Counted from the first letter of the stretch, positions 10,744 through 22,126 are shown. The stretch: 64,000 bases of DNA from Macrostomum lignano (GCA_002269645.1 NIVC01002350.1:117813-181812), one strand, 5' to 3'. Notes: generated by a model not told the origin, from the letters alone. Program-made: numbers and translations.

Positions 10744-13700
10744 TCAGTCCTTGTAGATTTTCACGCCCGCCCGAGCAGTGCGGGGGTGCGGGCGCAGCGC
10801 CACGGGGGAGGCGGGTGGATCTCGGGCCGCCTCGCCCGAAGCTCTCGGTGCAGCGGTCTGCGTCTGGGCGCCGGCGTCGGCCAAGTCGGGGCTGACGACT
10901 TTGACCGCCGTGCAGTGCAGCCAGCAGGTCGTGCCGTCCCGGCGTAGCAGCAGCGAGTTGCCGGCCACCCGCTGGACTGTCCAGGCACCGCTCTCGAATG
11001 GCGTCTGCGTCTTGCTGGCACCGACCCGCCGACGTAGCACCGAGTCGCCGACCTGGACGTCGTGCCGCCGTGGTCGCCTTTTTGCGTCCGCGTGCTGCTC
11101 CATCGCCGCCTTGGCGCCAGCGTCGGCTTCTCTCAGCCGCTGCTCGTTGATGCGGACTCGCTGGGACGGCCGGGCGGCGGGGATGATGTCGTTTGGCCGC
11201 CGGCCCATCAGCAGCTCGGCTGGTGCGCGCCCGGTGGCCGTGTGCGGCGTGTTCCTGTAGGCCAGCAGCCACTCGTCCAGAGCGGCCCTCCAGTCCCGCC
11301 GCTCCTCGATGGCTGCTCGCACGACTTTGTTGATGGAGCGGTTCAGTCGCTCTGTCATGCCGTTGGCCGCTGGGTAGTAGGGCGTGATGAGGCGGTGCTT
11401 GATCCCGTAGCTCGCCAGGAACCGGCCGAACTCCTTGGACGAGAAAGGTGGTCCATTATCTGTCACGAGCTCCTGTGGGATCCCGAAGCGGGCGAACATC
11501 TCTCGCAGGCGGGGAATCAATGCCTCGGCCGTCATCGTCTGCATGAGCTGCACCTCCGGAAACCTTGAGTAGCGGTCCACGCACACCAGCAGCATGTTGT
11601 TGTTGATGGGTCCCACGAAATCGGCGCCGATCGACAGCCAGGCGCCCGCGGGGATCGGCGTCGGCTGCAGAGGCGTGGCCCGGACGGCTGGCGTGTGCGA
11701 CGTGACGGCGCAGCTGCGGCATCGACTGACGAATTCCTCCGCTTGAGTTGCCATCCTCGGCCACCAGACCTTCGTGCAGAGTCTGGCGATCGTCTTCTGC
11801 GAGCACTGGTGCCCTTGATGCGCTAATTCGAGCATCTGCTGCCGCAGATCAGCTGGCACGACGATTCGGTGGTGTCGAAGGAGGACCCCGTAAACCGCAG
11901 ACAGCTCCTCTCGCAGCGCGTGGAGCGAGCGCATCTCGGGGTTGGAGCGATCCCACCGACCGCCTTGCGTCGCCGCTATCGCCGCCCGGATGACTGGGTC
12001 GCTGGCAGAGCTCTTGCGGATGTCTTGGAGTGTCAGCGCCATCGGCACAGCCGCCTGCGCTACCTCGTTGATGTAGGCCTCCCTCCGCTGCTCGCCAAAA
12101 CTTCCGTCGTGCTCGCTTAGGGGCTGCCTGCAGAGTACATCTGCAGCATTGGAGGCTCCCGGCTGATACTCGACCTTGAACACTAGGTGCTGGATCCTCA
12201 GCGCCATTCGCTCGACTCGTGGAGGCGGCCGCGACCCAGGCGCGAACATGGCCGTCAGCGGCTTGTGATCAGAGACCACTGTGAACTGGGGCGATCCATG
12301 CAGGTAGTACTCAAACTTCAGGCAGCCGAACTTCACGGCGAGTGCCTCTTTCTCGGTCTGCGAATATCGCCGCTCGACATCAGAGAGGGTCCGGCTGGCG
12401 TATGCGACCGGCCTCGAGCTGCCGTCGCGCTGCACCTGCGCCAGGATGGCGCCCAGTCCGGTCGGCCCCGCGTCCACAATCAGCTGCGTGTGTAGCCGCT
12501 TGTCGTAAAAAGCCAGCGTTGTCGGCTCCGCGATGCTGCGCTTCAGCTGCTCAAAGGCGCTGGCCTGGTCGGCGCCCCACTGCCAGTCGACGGTCTTCCT
12601 GGTCAGGCGCCGCAGCGGCTCCGCCACCTTGGCCAGCTGTGGCGTGAACACGGCGAGGTAGTTCACGAGGCCCAGGAATGAGCGAAGCTGCCCAATCGAC
12701 TCGGGCTCCTTGAAGTCTTGAACGGCGGCGACCTTGCTCTCCGTGGCCTGGACCCCGTCCGCCGTGAGCCGCATTCCCATGAACTCGATGCTGCTGCGCG
12801 CTAGTCGGCATTTCTGAGCGTTCAGCGTGATGCCATGCTGCGCCAGGCGGGCCAGACATGCCTCGAGGCTGCTGTTGTGCTCCGCCATCGTGCGGCCGAA
12901 CACGACCACGTCGTCGTGGATCCATTTGACGTTGGGCAGGCCAGCCAGCACTCGACTCATCACATTCTGCAGGATCTCCTGGGAGGTGGACAGGCCCATG
13001 CACAGCCGGGTGAGACGGCGAAGCCCGCGAGGCGTCGAGAATGTTAGCAGGTTGCGGCATTTCTCGGCGACAGGCACCTGGTAGAACGCCTTCGCGATGT
13101 CCAGCTCTGAGAACACAGTGCTGCCAGCCATGTCCCCGGTCACCTCCTCGAAAGTCGGAATCTGGTGTCGCTCGCGGATGACAAAGCGGTTGACATCGCG
13201 GAGGTCCTGCGTGATGCGCACCTCGCCCGGCTCCTTCTTGGGCACGACGACCATCCGCGCGACCCACGGCGCCGGGCCGTCGACGGGCTCAATGATCCCG
13301 AGCTGCTCTAACAACTGCAGTTCCTTGTCCACCGCGTCTGCCAGGTGGATCGGCACCTTCGAAGGCGCATGGCAGACCGGGCGGGCGCTGTCGGTGAGGT
13401 GGATGTCGGCAGGCGGCCCGGTGAAGCAGCCGATTCCGCTGAACACGCTGGCGTGCTTGCGCAGCACCCTGCCGATGTCCTCGACGTGTCCTTGAGGCAC
13501 TCCGCTGGATCTCGTGCCGCTGAGAAGGCCATCGACCGCCGCCTCCGCTTCAGCGACCTGCAGCACCTGCTGTCCGGCTGTCGGTGGTGGCCCGACCCGC
13601 AGGATGTCCATCTGAGTGGCCGTCTGCCTGCCGATGATGGTGATGCCTCTCCCTTCGACGACGTGGAACGTGGCGACTGCCTGCCGGCCGAAAATGCGGA

Positions 13701-14748
13701 CGTCCATCGCCGCCTTGCCCAGCAGCTGCATCGGCCTGTCCGACCTGTACGCGAACAGCCTGTCCGAGGTGGTCTGCAGGTGCGCCCGCTGTCTCAGACT
13801 CTCGAACGTGGCCCGGTTGATCACATTTCGAGCCGCACCGCTGTCGATCAACACCGACAGTCTGGAGCCGTTGATCTCGGCTATTGTGTGGGCCGACTGC
13901 TCACCCTGATCGACCTCGAACACGCCGGAGTCCGGGTGGTCCACCTTCTGGTAGCTGGTCTCGCCTTGCAGCGTTGCGACGGCGTCGGCGCCGCTCTGCG
14001 GGGCGCCCTGCTTGGACCTGCAGGCTCGCGCGAAGTGGCCCGGCTTCCCGCACTTTCTACAGCTCTTGCCCTGCGCTGCGGTGCACGTGGGGTGCCCTGG
14101 CCTGCCGCAGCGATCGCACGATACGTGCTGCGTTGGTGTCTGCGGCATCTGTGGCTTCTGGTCTCTTCTGACTGCTGCGAGCTGCTGCGGTTCCCCTGGT
14201 CTGTCGCTATCCATCGCGGTGGCCTGCTGCTCCGCGGCTTCTTTCGCCCTCGCCTTTTTGAGCACATCTGCCAGGGAGATATTGTTGGTCTGCAAGAAGT
14301 CTCTCCTGAGTCTCTCAGATTCGCAGTAGGCGACGATTTTGTCACGGATCAGCGAGTCTCTGAGGGTCCCGAACTCACACTGCTCCGCCGCCTTGCGCAG
14401 ACGCTGATACCACTGGTCGATCTGCTCGCCAGGCTGCTGTCTGCAGGTCTCAAACTTGAAACGCAGGAACACAATGTTATTCTTCCCGTCCCAGAACGTC
14501 TGGATGTTTTTCGCGAGGCTGCTGTAGTCCTCTCCAGAGGCGATCTCGTTCTCTTCGACTACAGCCTGCAGCTCCTCTCCTGCGGCGTACAGCAGCAGCT
14601 GCTGTCCTCGAGTCTTGTCGGTGATTCCAGCTGCATTGATGTACGCGGCGAAGCGACGAGTCCATGCAGTCCAGCGCTGTGCTGTGGAGTGGCAGTCGCT
14701 ATCGATTGTAAACGGCCCGGGTGGCGCGAGTGAAATTTGCTGAGTCAT
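10744..14748 (-). CDS. Gag-Pol polyprotein (Gag with double zinc knuckle, protease, RT, RNase H, integrase), ~1334 aa
   Basis: CDRCGRPGH..C and CRKCGKPGHFARAC knuckles; protease LIDSGA; RT FSELDIAKAFYQ and WIHDD; RNase H VDAGPTGLGA...YSQTEKEAL...SDHKPL; integrase H-H-C-C and GADFVGP...TDNGPPF...NGMTER. RT-RH-IN order is Gypsy-type. Confidence 0.97.
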   Translation of the reverse strand: MTQQISLAPPGPFTIDSDCHSTAQRWTAWTRRFAAYINAAGITDKTRGQQLLLYAAGEELQAVVEENEIASGEDYSSLAKNIQTFWDGKNNIVFLRFKFETCRQQPGEQIDQWYQRLRKAAEQCEFGTLRDSLIRDKIVAYCESERLRRDFLQTNNISLADVLKKARAKEAAEQQATAMDSDRPGEPQQLAAVRRDQKPQMPQTPTQHVSCDRCGRPGHPTCTAAQGKSCRKCGKPGHFARACRSKQGAPQSGADAVATLQGETSYQKVDHPDSGVFEVDQGEQSAHTIAEINGSRLSVLIDSGAARNVINRATFESLRQRAHLQTTSDRLFAYRSDRPMQLLGKAAMDVRIFGRQAVATFHVVEGRGITIIGRQTATQMDILRVGPPPTAGQQVLQVAEAEAAVDGLLSGTRSSGVPQGHVEDIGRVLRKHASVFSGIGCFTGPPADIHLTDSARPVCHAPSKVPIHLADAVDKELQLLEQLGIIEPVDGPAPWVARMVVVPKKEPGEVRITQDLRDVNRFVIRERHQIPTFEEVTGDMAGSTVFSELDIAKAFYQVPVAEKCRNLLTFSTPRGLRRLTRLCMGLSTSQEILQNVMSRVLAGLPNVKWIHDDVVVFGRTMAEHNSSLEACLARLAQHGITLNAQKCRLARSSIEFMGMRLTADGVQATESKVAAVQDFKEPESIGQLRSFLGLVNYLAVFTPQLAKVAEPLRRLTRKTVDWQWGADQASAFEQLKRSIAEPTTLAFYDKRLHTQLIVDAGPTGLGAILAQVQRDGSSRPVAYASRTLSDVERRYSQTEKEALAVKFGCLKFEYYLHGSPQFTVVSDHKPLTAMFAPGSRPPPRVERMALRIQHLVFKVEYQPGASNAADVLCRQPLSEHDGSFGEQRREAYINEVAQAAVPMALTLQDIRKSSASDPVIRAAIAATQGGRWDRSNPEMRSLHALREELSAVYGVLLRHHRIVVPADLRQQMLELAHQGHQCSQKTIARLCTKVWWPRMATQAEEFVSRCRSCAVTSHTPAVRATPLQPTPIPAGAWLSIGADFVGPINNNMLLVCVDRYSRFPEVQLMQTMTAEALIPRLREMFARFGIPQELVTDNGPPFSSKEFGRFLASYGIKHRLITPYYPAANGMTERLNRSINKVVRAAIEERRDWRAALDEWLLAYRNTPHTATGRAPAELLMGRRPNDIIPAARPSQRVRINEQRLREADAGAKAAMEQHADAKRRPRRHDVQVGDSVLRRRVGASKTQTPFESGAWTVQRVAGNSLLLRRDGTTCWLHCTAVKVVSPDLADAGAQTQTAAPRASGEAARDPPASPVALRPHPRTARAGVKIYKD

Positions 14749-14761
14749 GATTTTCAAAGGT

Positions 14762-14779
14762 TCAGTTCTTGCGACGCCA
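14762..14779 (-). promoter_or_regulatory. Primer-binding site (TGGCGTCGCAAGAACTGA)
   Basis: Starts with TGG 1 nt after the 5' LTR. It complements a tRNA ending ...GCGACGCCA; the G discriminator is compatible with tRNA-Ser (inference). Confidence 0.8.
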
Positions 14780-14780
14780 T

Positions 14781-14953
14781 TGTAGTAACTGAGTCAGAGG
14801 CCGTGTTTGCTGTGTAGCCAAACTCTTATAAATCTCGCCGCGCTGGGCACGCGTCTATATATTATGGAGTTAGAATTGGGGTGGCGGCACCCACCCCACT
14901 CCGCAGCCAATCAGACTGCCCGGGCGTACCATACTGTGCGTACGCACACTACA
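14781..14953 (-). repeat. 5' LTR
   Basis: Minus strand has ATTGG (inverted CCAAT), TATATAGA and TGACTCA motifs. Confidence 0.97.
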
Positions 14954-17911
14954 GTACTGACGCGATGTTATTCTTGCACGATATATATTATCGATTAATT
15001 TGTACATGTACATTGCGCGCCGCGTGGGGGGGGGGGTTGTTTGTCTGGGTTTTGGATTAAGGGTGTTGTTGTTATCTGTTTACCTTTAAATATATGCTTA
15101 CACTACAGTCAGCAGCCGCTCTCGCCCTTCCCCTTGCTTCGCTTCTAGACCTAGGCTCGCTAACCCTTAGCTGTGACGCTGTCTGGCCTCCTTACACCAA
15201 CTCTTCCGCCGTCTACCTTGGCCCACCAATTAATTAATTAAGTGATCCAGCAATTTTAAGTAGCACTAGCAAAAGTCTAAGGGTTGAAGCGGCTTGCCGA
15301 TCTGCTAACTAATCGTGAACTATCTAAATTAACCGCTACACAAATCCGTCTTTATTCGCCTTATTCGTCACAACTGTATATAGCAGGATGTAAAACTCAA
15401 AAATCGTGTAAATTTTTAGGAGGTCGATTTCCTGGAAAAAGACACTGCGAAGATAGGAGAAAATCATTTTTTCATCACAAAATCAATTTTTTCATTTAAT
15501 CTGGGGTAGTGAAGATTATTATTTCCTTAATTTAACATGCACAACATGTTTACTATGTTATATTTCAATATAGCTGTGTAGTGAAAGTTTCATTTTTATA
15601 TCGTTTTCTTTTCATTTCTTATAAGCTGTATAAGCTTATATACAGTGGTCCTTGGTGAAATATACCACGCAGATTGGCGGACTCCTTAACCAATCACCTT
15701 ACACTGCTTAGAACTCCCTCTCACTCCCCAGTAAAAAAGGGTAGTCGGAATCCGATCGGAATGTCCGGTCGGAATTTGTCAGCAAAGTGGCTCGTGCAAT
15801 CCGGTCGTTTTCTAGTCGGAGTTTTCCGATCGGAATGTGACGCTAATATCCGACTAAATTACGATTAGGTTGTATTTTTGCTTTGCGTTGGCTAGCTTGC
15901 ATAAAAATAAACAAATCGGTTTTCAAAGTAACTTAGCAAAATATTACAATATTTAAAATATTATTCTGCCTGAAGAGTGAAGCACAATAATGATTGGCTA
16001 TTTAATTTACTCAATGCATTGTATATTATGCAATTATAAAGATTACAGTATGCAATTTCTGCACAACTCGTCAAGAGAGTAACTGTATTACATGTAGATG
16101 CAAGGAAACATAGAGAAAGAGCATAATAATGCAACATGCAGAAAATGAGCACCGAAACAAATAATAAGATACAGAAAACAAATGCAGAATAATACGATAT
16201 GATTGATGAAGAACACCTGAATGCAAAAAGCTAGCTAGCTAGATAAATGTTGTGAACCAAACGGCTGCATTATCAGTCAGCAAACTTACAGCCAGAGTCA
16301 GCACATGCTTTGTCATCACAGGTGGCGGTGGCGGCAGAGGCGCAATTTCAGCTCTTCATTGTCGCGATTGCTTCCCCCACTGACACTCCACGATTGTTGG
16401 TCTGGAGCTCTTGCACTTTCAGACGCCATCGCAGAAGCTCTAAATGGCCTTTGATGCAATCCAGAGAACTCGGAGGATAGGGTCCTGCATTGAGTAATTT
16501 AGAGAGTTAATGGCATGATCAGCAGACCAGTTGGGCACCTTCACTGTCATTAGAAAGATTTGGAAATAAAAAATAAGGAGAATAGTTGTCTTCAGGCAAG
16601 GCAAGAAAAAACTTAACATTTGCGATCTTCTTTAAAACTGGTATGAAAGCAATTGGAATATACTATAAGAATAAAAACACAAAGAACACATACCCTTGAA
16701 GATCTCGCCAAAGTACACTTGTACATATTCAAAGACAATTTGACCTTTGATCCTTGTTAGCTAGGCCTAGTCAGCTCTTCCAGGATCCTTTTCCCCAGTC
16801 TTGAACTGAACCTAGAGATCCCATCCATTATGTAGCAAACAGACTGTGGCACCTTTGCACTAATGCACCACATCTAGACCAGCAGTATCTGAAATAGAAG
16901 CAGAAGCCATAGATAAGATAATAATATAGAATGCTTAGTAAAGCTAGAACTAGGGGCCTAGTCTTAGTTTAACAGTGCCCTATGAAAACTAATATAAATA
17001 ATATAAATAATAAAAAATTAATACTAGCATAATCTAAATGTAGAATCATATTTACTATTATAAATAATATATTCTAAGGACATAATGTCCTGAGTATTTT
17101 TTATCAAATTATCTCATTGACCTATTCTCTACTAGAACTTTCATTTGATATTGAGATATATAGTACTTTATTTATCTAAATATACAAACTCTTTATATTT
17201 CTAAAGGCAAAATTAAAAGACCAAATTATTTTAAGTCTTAGCCAGGGTCCAGATTGTATAATAGTGTATGCCAGAACAAGAATCTTATCTTAGCTAAATG
17301 TAGGCCAGTGTATGCCAAAAACAAAAAATTCCTTAAAAAAGTATACTAAAAAGTCACTTAAAAAGGTCATTTGGTTTTTACAAGTTGAGTTTCCTAAGAA
17401 AAGTTTTTGTACTAAAAGTATTCTTTAAAATATTATAAATATTTTCATTTTAAACAAACTTATTTATACTTAATTATTAATTTTTAATAATAATTTTACT
17501 AAATTAATTCATTTTTAATTTTAACGAAGCAAAACACTATTACTGACTTTCTTGAGTATACAAATTTTCCTTTATTTTAGGCCTATATAAAAACATAAAT
17601 TTACATTGAACTTTTCATGCTCAACATGAGTTTATTCACTGAAATTTATAGGCCAACTGCCAAAAAATATATAAGTTTGTATACCAAAATTTATATGCAA
17701 ACTTTAAAACGAGTGATTTGCATACCCAAATTTTCTGGCATATATGTAACATTCCAGAGTCAGGAGTCTTAGAGTTCTAGAGTTCTAGACAGAAATGTTT
17801 TATAAGCAAGTGTAAATAGCTAGGCCTATTGACATGTGGCCTATATTATTTACTTATTAGTCTATAAATCATAAGTTAATAATTCTTTATTATAGGCCTA
17901 TTACTAAAAAA

Positions 17912-18261
17912 TCTAAATATACTAAATCTCTAATATTTGTATGCTTGCTTGCTTGTCCATAACGCTCTAGAGACTGCAATTCTTCACCGATTTTGATCGC
18001 GTTTTCGCCAAAAGATTCAAAATTGTCTGGAAAGAAGACGGTTAAAATTTCTTGTATCTGCTTCAATGCTAAAGGGATTAAATATTCGAAAAACAGTTTT
18101 AAATGGGCGAATTCAATGCAAATTTTATCAGCGAGAAACTTCACAGTCAATCTTAATTGATTGCGCCAGAGCCAACTGATAAGAAAACTCACTCCGCTCC
18201 ACTTAAAGGGGGGCAATAAAAAAATTATTCTGGCTGCTGGCAGCCAGCTCTAATTAGCTAG
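17912..18261 (+). mobile_element. Helitron-like non-autonomous unit 1
   Basis: 5' A|TCTAAATATACTAAA. 3' perfect hairpin CTGGCTGC-TG-GCAGCCAG (18230-47), then CTAG|T 11 nt downstream. Confidence 0.6.
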
Positions 18262-18500
18262 TCTTCTATCTAATATACTAAAAATGGTCTGTTTGTGTGT
18301 GCGTGTGTGTGTGTGTGATCGATTTTAGCAAAAATGGCTCAACCGATTTTCTTCAAACTTGTACCATTTGATCAGAAATTTTTCCGTGACGGTACATGCA
18401 TCGTGGCTAAGAAATTGCTCAATGCTAAAGGGATTAAATATTCGAAAAACATGGTTTTTTGCAAAGGTCAAGCATCGAAATGCATTGTAAGAATGCTAGC
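18262..18500 (+). mobile_element. Helitron-like unit 2, head-to-tail with unit 1
   Basis: TCTATCTAATATACTAAAA followed by (GT)n and ..AACCGATTTT.., a HINE/Lep1-like 5' end. Shares AATGCTAAAGGGATTAAATATTCGAAAAAC with unit 1. Ends in a weak hairpin plus CTAG. Confidence 0.5.
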
Positions 18501-18904
18501 AGAAAAACTGACTGGTTGAATTCTGATTCTAAAATAGATTGCATCACAATACACAAGACACTCAATTGAATTGCGTCACAGCGTTGAGTGTGAAAGCATA
18601 GCACAGTACTCAATTTATATTGCGTAACCATATTGTTAACTTTTATAGAGACTGGTACTGACTTGCCTAAGAAATTGATTATGTCATAACTGCTTTGTTA
18701 CTTTTTACTCTACCTGACTTTGTGTGAGTGTTGAATTATATAAGTGGTACAACATCACTGATAACTTCGATGAGAGCTAGCCTAGAGCTGAACAGACCAG
18801 ACTGCTAATGCAGCAATCTGGGTTCGAATCTAAGTAGTTTAAAAGTAGTAGTGTAAATTTTTTTATTAAAAGCTTTTTCTTACTAAAAGCTAAATAAAAA
18901 CACT

Positions 18905-19555
18905 TAGATTACTGCACTCCATAAGCCAAGGATTATTGCTATTAATAAACCAAGGATTACTGCACTTGATTAATCAAGGATTATTGCTATTAATAAACCA
19001 AGGATTACTGCACTCGATAAACCAAGGACTATTGCTCTTGGCAAACCAAGGATTACTGCACTTGATTAATCAAGGATTATTGCTATTAATAAACCAAGGA
19101 TTACTGCACTTGGAAAACCAAGGATTACTGTACTTGAGAAGCCAAGGATTATTGCTGTTAATAAACCAAGGATTACTGCACTCGATAAGCCAAGGATTAT
19201 TGCTATTAATAAACCATGGACTACTGCACTTGATAAGCCAAGGATTATTGCTATTAATAAATCAAGGATTAATGCACTTGATTTATCAAGGATTATTGCT
19301 ATTAATAAACCAAGGATTACTGCACTTGGAAAACCAAGGATTACTGCACTCGATAAGCCAAGTATTATTGCTATTAATAAACCAAGGATTACTAAACTTG
19401 GAAAACCAAGGATTACTGCACTCGAGAAGCCAAGGATTATTACTATACTGTATACATAAACCAAGGATTACTGCACTCGATAAGCCAAAGATTATTGGTC
19501 TTAATAAACCAAGGATTACTTCACTCCATAGCCAAGGATTACTGTGCTTGATAAG
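18905..19555. repeat. 24-bp minisatellite with two alternating variants (CCAAGGATTACTGCAC.. / CCAAGGATTATTGCTA..)
   Basis: Direct inspection; 8-aa periodicity in ORF 18936-19784. Confidence 0.95.
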
Positions 19556-19559
19556 CTTG

Positions 19560-19870
19560 GCTACATGTATAGGATTATTTCTATCTAGGGATGCTTGCTA
19601 TTTAGGAATTCTTGCTATGTGCAGGATGCTTGCTATCTGGAAGGATGCTTCTACATTATTTGGGGGATGCTTGCTATCTGGGTGGATGCTTTTATCCGGG
19701 GGATGCTTCTATTTGGGGAATGCTTGCTATCTGCAAGATGCTTGCTATCTGCAGATGCTTGCTATCTGGGTAGATGCTTGCTAGGAGTATTAGGGGATAC
19801 TTGCTATCTGCGGTTGTTTATTTTTGGAGGAGGGTGCTTGCTACTGGGGGGATGCTTGCTGTCTTGGGAA
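19560..19870. repeat. Degenerate ~15-16-bp minisatellite (GGATGCTTGCTATCT)
   Basis: Direct inspection. Confidence 0.85.
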
Positions 19871-22090
19871 TATTTTCTATTTAGGGGTAATGACTGTGAT
19901 CTTTGTGAAAGCTATATTTTCTTGTCTGTTTGTTAATTTTAGAAAAAAAAGAGATTCATAGCAAATATTATTGTCCATGACAATTTTAAATGAATAAGGT
20001 GATTTTTAAAAGTGATGAAGGACTTTGTTTTTAAGAAAATGTGCTTTTTCATTGATTTCCATAAACTATTTTTGCTTTGTTCTTATTGGGCGCCCCGAAG
20101 GGGGGCCGCACTAGATTGCTAGTGTCTTTTCTAAAAGCAAATTATAATATACAATTGTAAACTATAGACATTATTCAATTACTTTGCTTAAATGCCTTAG
20201 CCTAAACAAATGTCTATTGATTATTAGGTATATAATATTATAATATTGAGTAGGCCCTAAACCTAATAAGACACACTAAATGTCTAAAGTAAGTTTAACT
20301 AGGGCCTGGCCTGGCCAAGGCCCTATATTTTAGATTCAATGGCCAAAAGCCTAAAACTAGGTAGTATTAATTTCATATATATGAAAAACAAGATATAAGT
20401 TGTAGTTGTAGTTAAAACTTAAATGAAAAAACAAAGCCAACTGCTTTAAAAACAATCTTGAGAAAAATGTGTAGCAGAATAGGCTAGGCCTAGTAAAGTA
20501 AGAATTGCAATAGGAGTAAGCCTAGGAGTATTGCAATTAGCAATAGTTAATAAGATAGTGGCTAGGCATTAAGCAGGTTTTTAATAACTTTTTGCAGAGG
20601 CTAGTGCCAATGGAAAGACGCTATAAGCAAATATATGTTACAATATTTTAACGAAAAAGGTTATAGAGTGGATCAGGGTAAAAAATAAATCGCTTTTTAA
20701 ATACTTTCGATATAAATTGGATGGCCAGCATTTTATTGTAGCATCAAAACAAAAACCGAATTATTGTAGTAATTTTTTGTATCATAAAAGTATATTCTGC
20801 ACATACTGGCAATACATAAAAGCCAGAAAACACGTTTAGTACAGCACATGCGTTATGAATATGGCTGTATCGGAAACTAGGTCACTAGGAAGAAAAATGA
20901 GTACAAATTCCGATTGGAAGAAGAAGAGACGGTTTCCGACTAATTTCCGATTGCGCAAATATACCTCGAAAAAGATTTTCTTGAATTACTTGATAGGCCC
21001 CTACTTTTTATCATAGTAACGTATTATATAAAACAAAATATAGTGGTTTAAACCTTTTCCGGCAAATTCCGACTACCGATTAAATTCCGTCCAGATTCCA
21101 ATCGAATTCCGACTACCCTTTTTTACTGGGTCCTTGGAACAACTTCTAGCTCCTAACTCTTGATTCTTGAACTTTAAGGCATACAAAATTGATTCACCCC
21201 TTGCACTTCTGACGCCTAACTCCTAGCTGCTTGCATGCTGCATCGTCATAAAGTTGTAAAAATCACTAAGAAGAGAAGATTTAAAGGAAGGCAAGTGTGG
21301 CCAATTTTATAAAATAAGTGCAGAAGACAAAAATATATACTTTTTAGAGTTTCTGCTATAAATTTGTTTTACCACCTTTTTTCTAAGATGTAATACCTGT
21401 TTAAATGGTAACAAAAAAGGTTACTTCGGGACGATCAAAGATTGGTTAATTGGCATTAAACTTTTCTTTGCGAAGAAGTATTTAAATACACTTATTCATA
21501 CTGGCCAAACAGGCTACGTGTATTTGCCTGAACCAAACCAACTTACGCGTTTAAATTTTCTGTTAGACTCAGTAATTGGAGCTTGATTTAACTAACGAAA
21601 TGATACAATCAGACATGTTTGATCCTCGGTGTTTAATAGCAAAGTAAAAATCTTTAGTTAGTCAAACTTTGTCAAAAAATGTCATTTTTGTGACTTACCC
21701 TTCTTGGTCTGCTATAATTTGTACTCAACTGAAAGTTTTGCATATATGTATATATCATTGTACTTGTCAATGACAATGATTCACGGAGAAATTCATTTAA
21801 ATAGATTTGCCAATCTTGCTGTTTATGCATTGTGGCATAACTGTAGTTTTGTTCATTAAATTATTTTTTTCATTTTAATAAATAAACTGTTAATGAAGAT
21901 TTACAATTGTTTTGAGATCACCAGACTCCACTGATGATTTTTTAATGATGCTCTGGCTTGTGTGGCCATTTAGCTAAAAATCTACTGTTACGGATTTTTA
22001 TGCTAATGGCGTAATGCAGACTGTGCCATAAACAAAACTTTTTGGGCTGACATGACTTAATTTAATTTTTGTCTATGGTTCATGCTTGGG

Positions 22091-22126
22091 TGCAACCTTG
22101 GGATTAACTTGGCCATTTCTATTGGC

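Larger units (their letters stand above)
10346..14953 (-). mobile_element. Full-length Ty3/Gypsy (Mag-like) LTR retrotransposon, 4608 bp
   Basis: 173-bp LTRs at 10346-10518 and 14781-14953, identical by eye, with TGTAGT...ACTACA ends. 5-bp TSD GTACT at 10341-45 and 14954-58. PBS, PPT and an intact gag-pol ORF are present. Confidence 0.98.
18829..20122 (+). mobile_element. Helitron-like unit 3 carrying two minisatellites (5' end approximate)
   Basis: 3' GC hairpin GGGCGCCCC-GAA-GGGGGGCCGC (20088-20109), then CTAG|T at 20119-23. Candidate 5' A|TCTAAGTAGTTTAAAAG. Confidence 0.45.
15727..21130. mobile_element. Non-autonomous CMC/EnSpm-like DNA transposon, ~5.4 kb
   Basis: ~50-bp imperfect TIRs CCCAGTAAAAAAGGGTAGTCGGAAT... 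/ ...ATTCCGACTACCCTTTTTTACTGGG. 2-bp TSD TC. Dispersed subterminal TCGGAAT/ATTCCGA repeats at both ends. No transposase ORF. Confidence 0.75.

Noticed and set aside
13345-14733. 462-aa antisense ORF over gag/protease, and other short ORFs inside the Gypsy element
   Set aside because: Expected shadow of GC-rich codon usage on the opposite strand; no recognisable domain.
8769-15654. 12-bp inverted pair CAAGGACCACTG (8769) / CAGTGGTCCTTG (15643) as the TIRs of a large element
   Set aside because: They face outward, are short, and have no matching TSD; at most they are ends of two separate relics.
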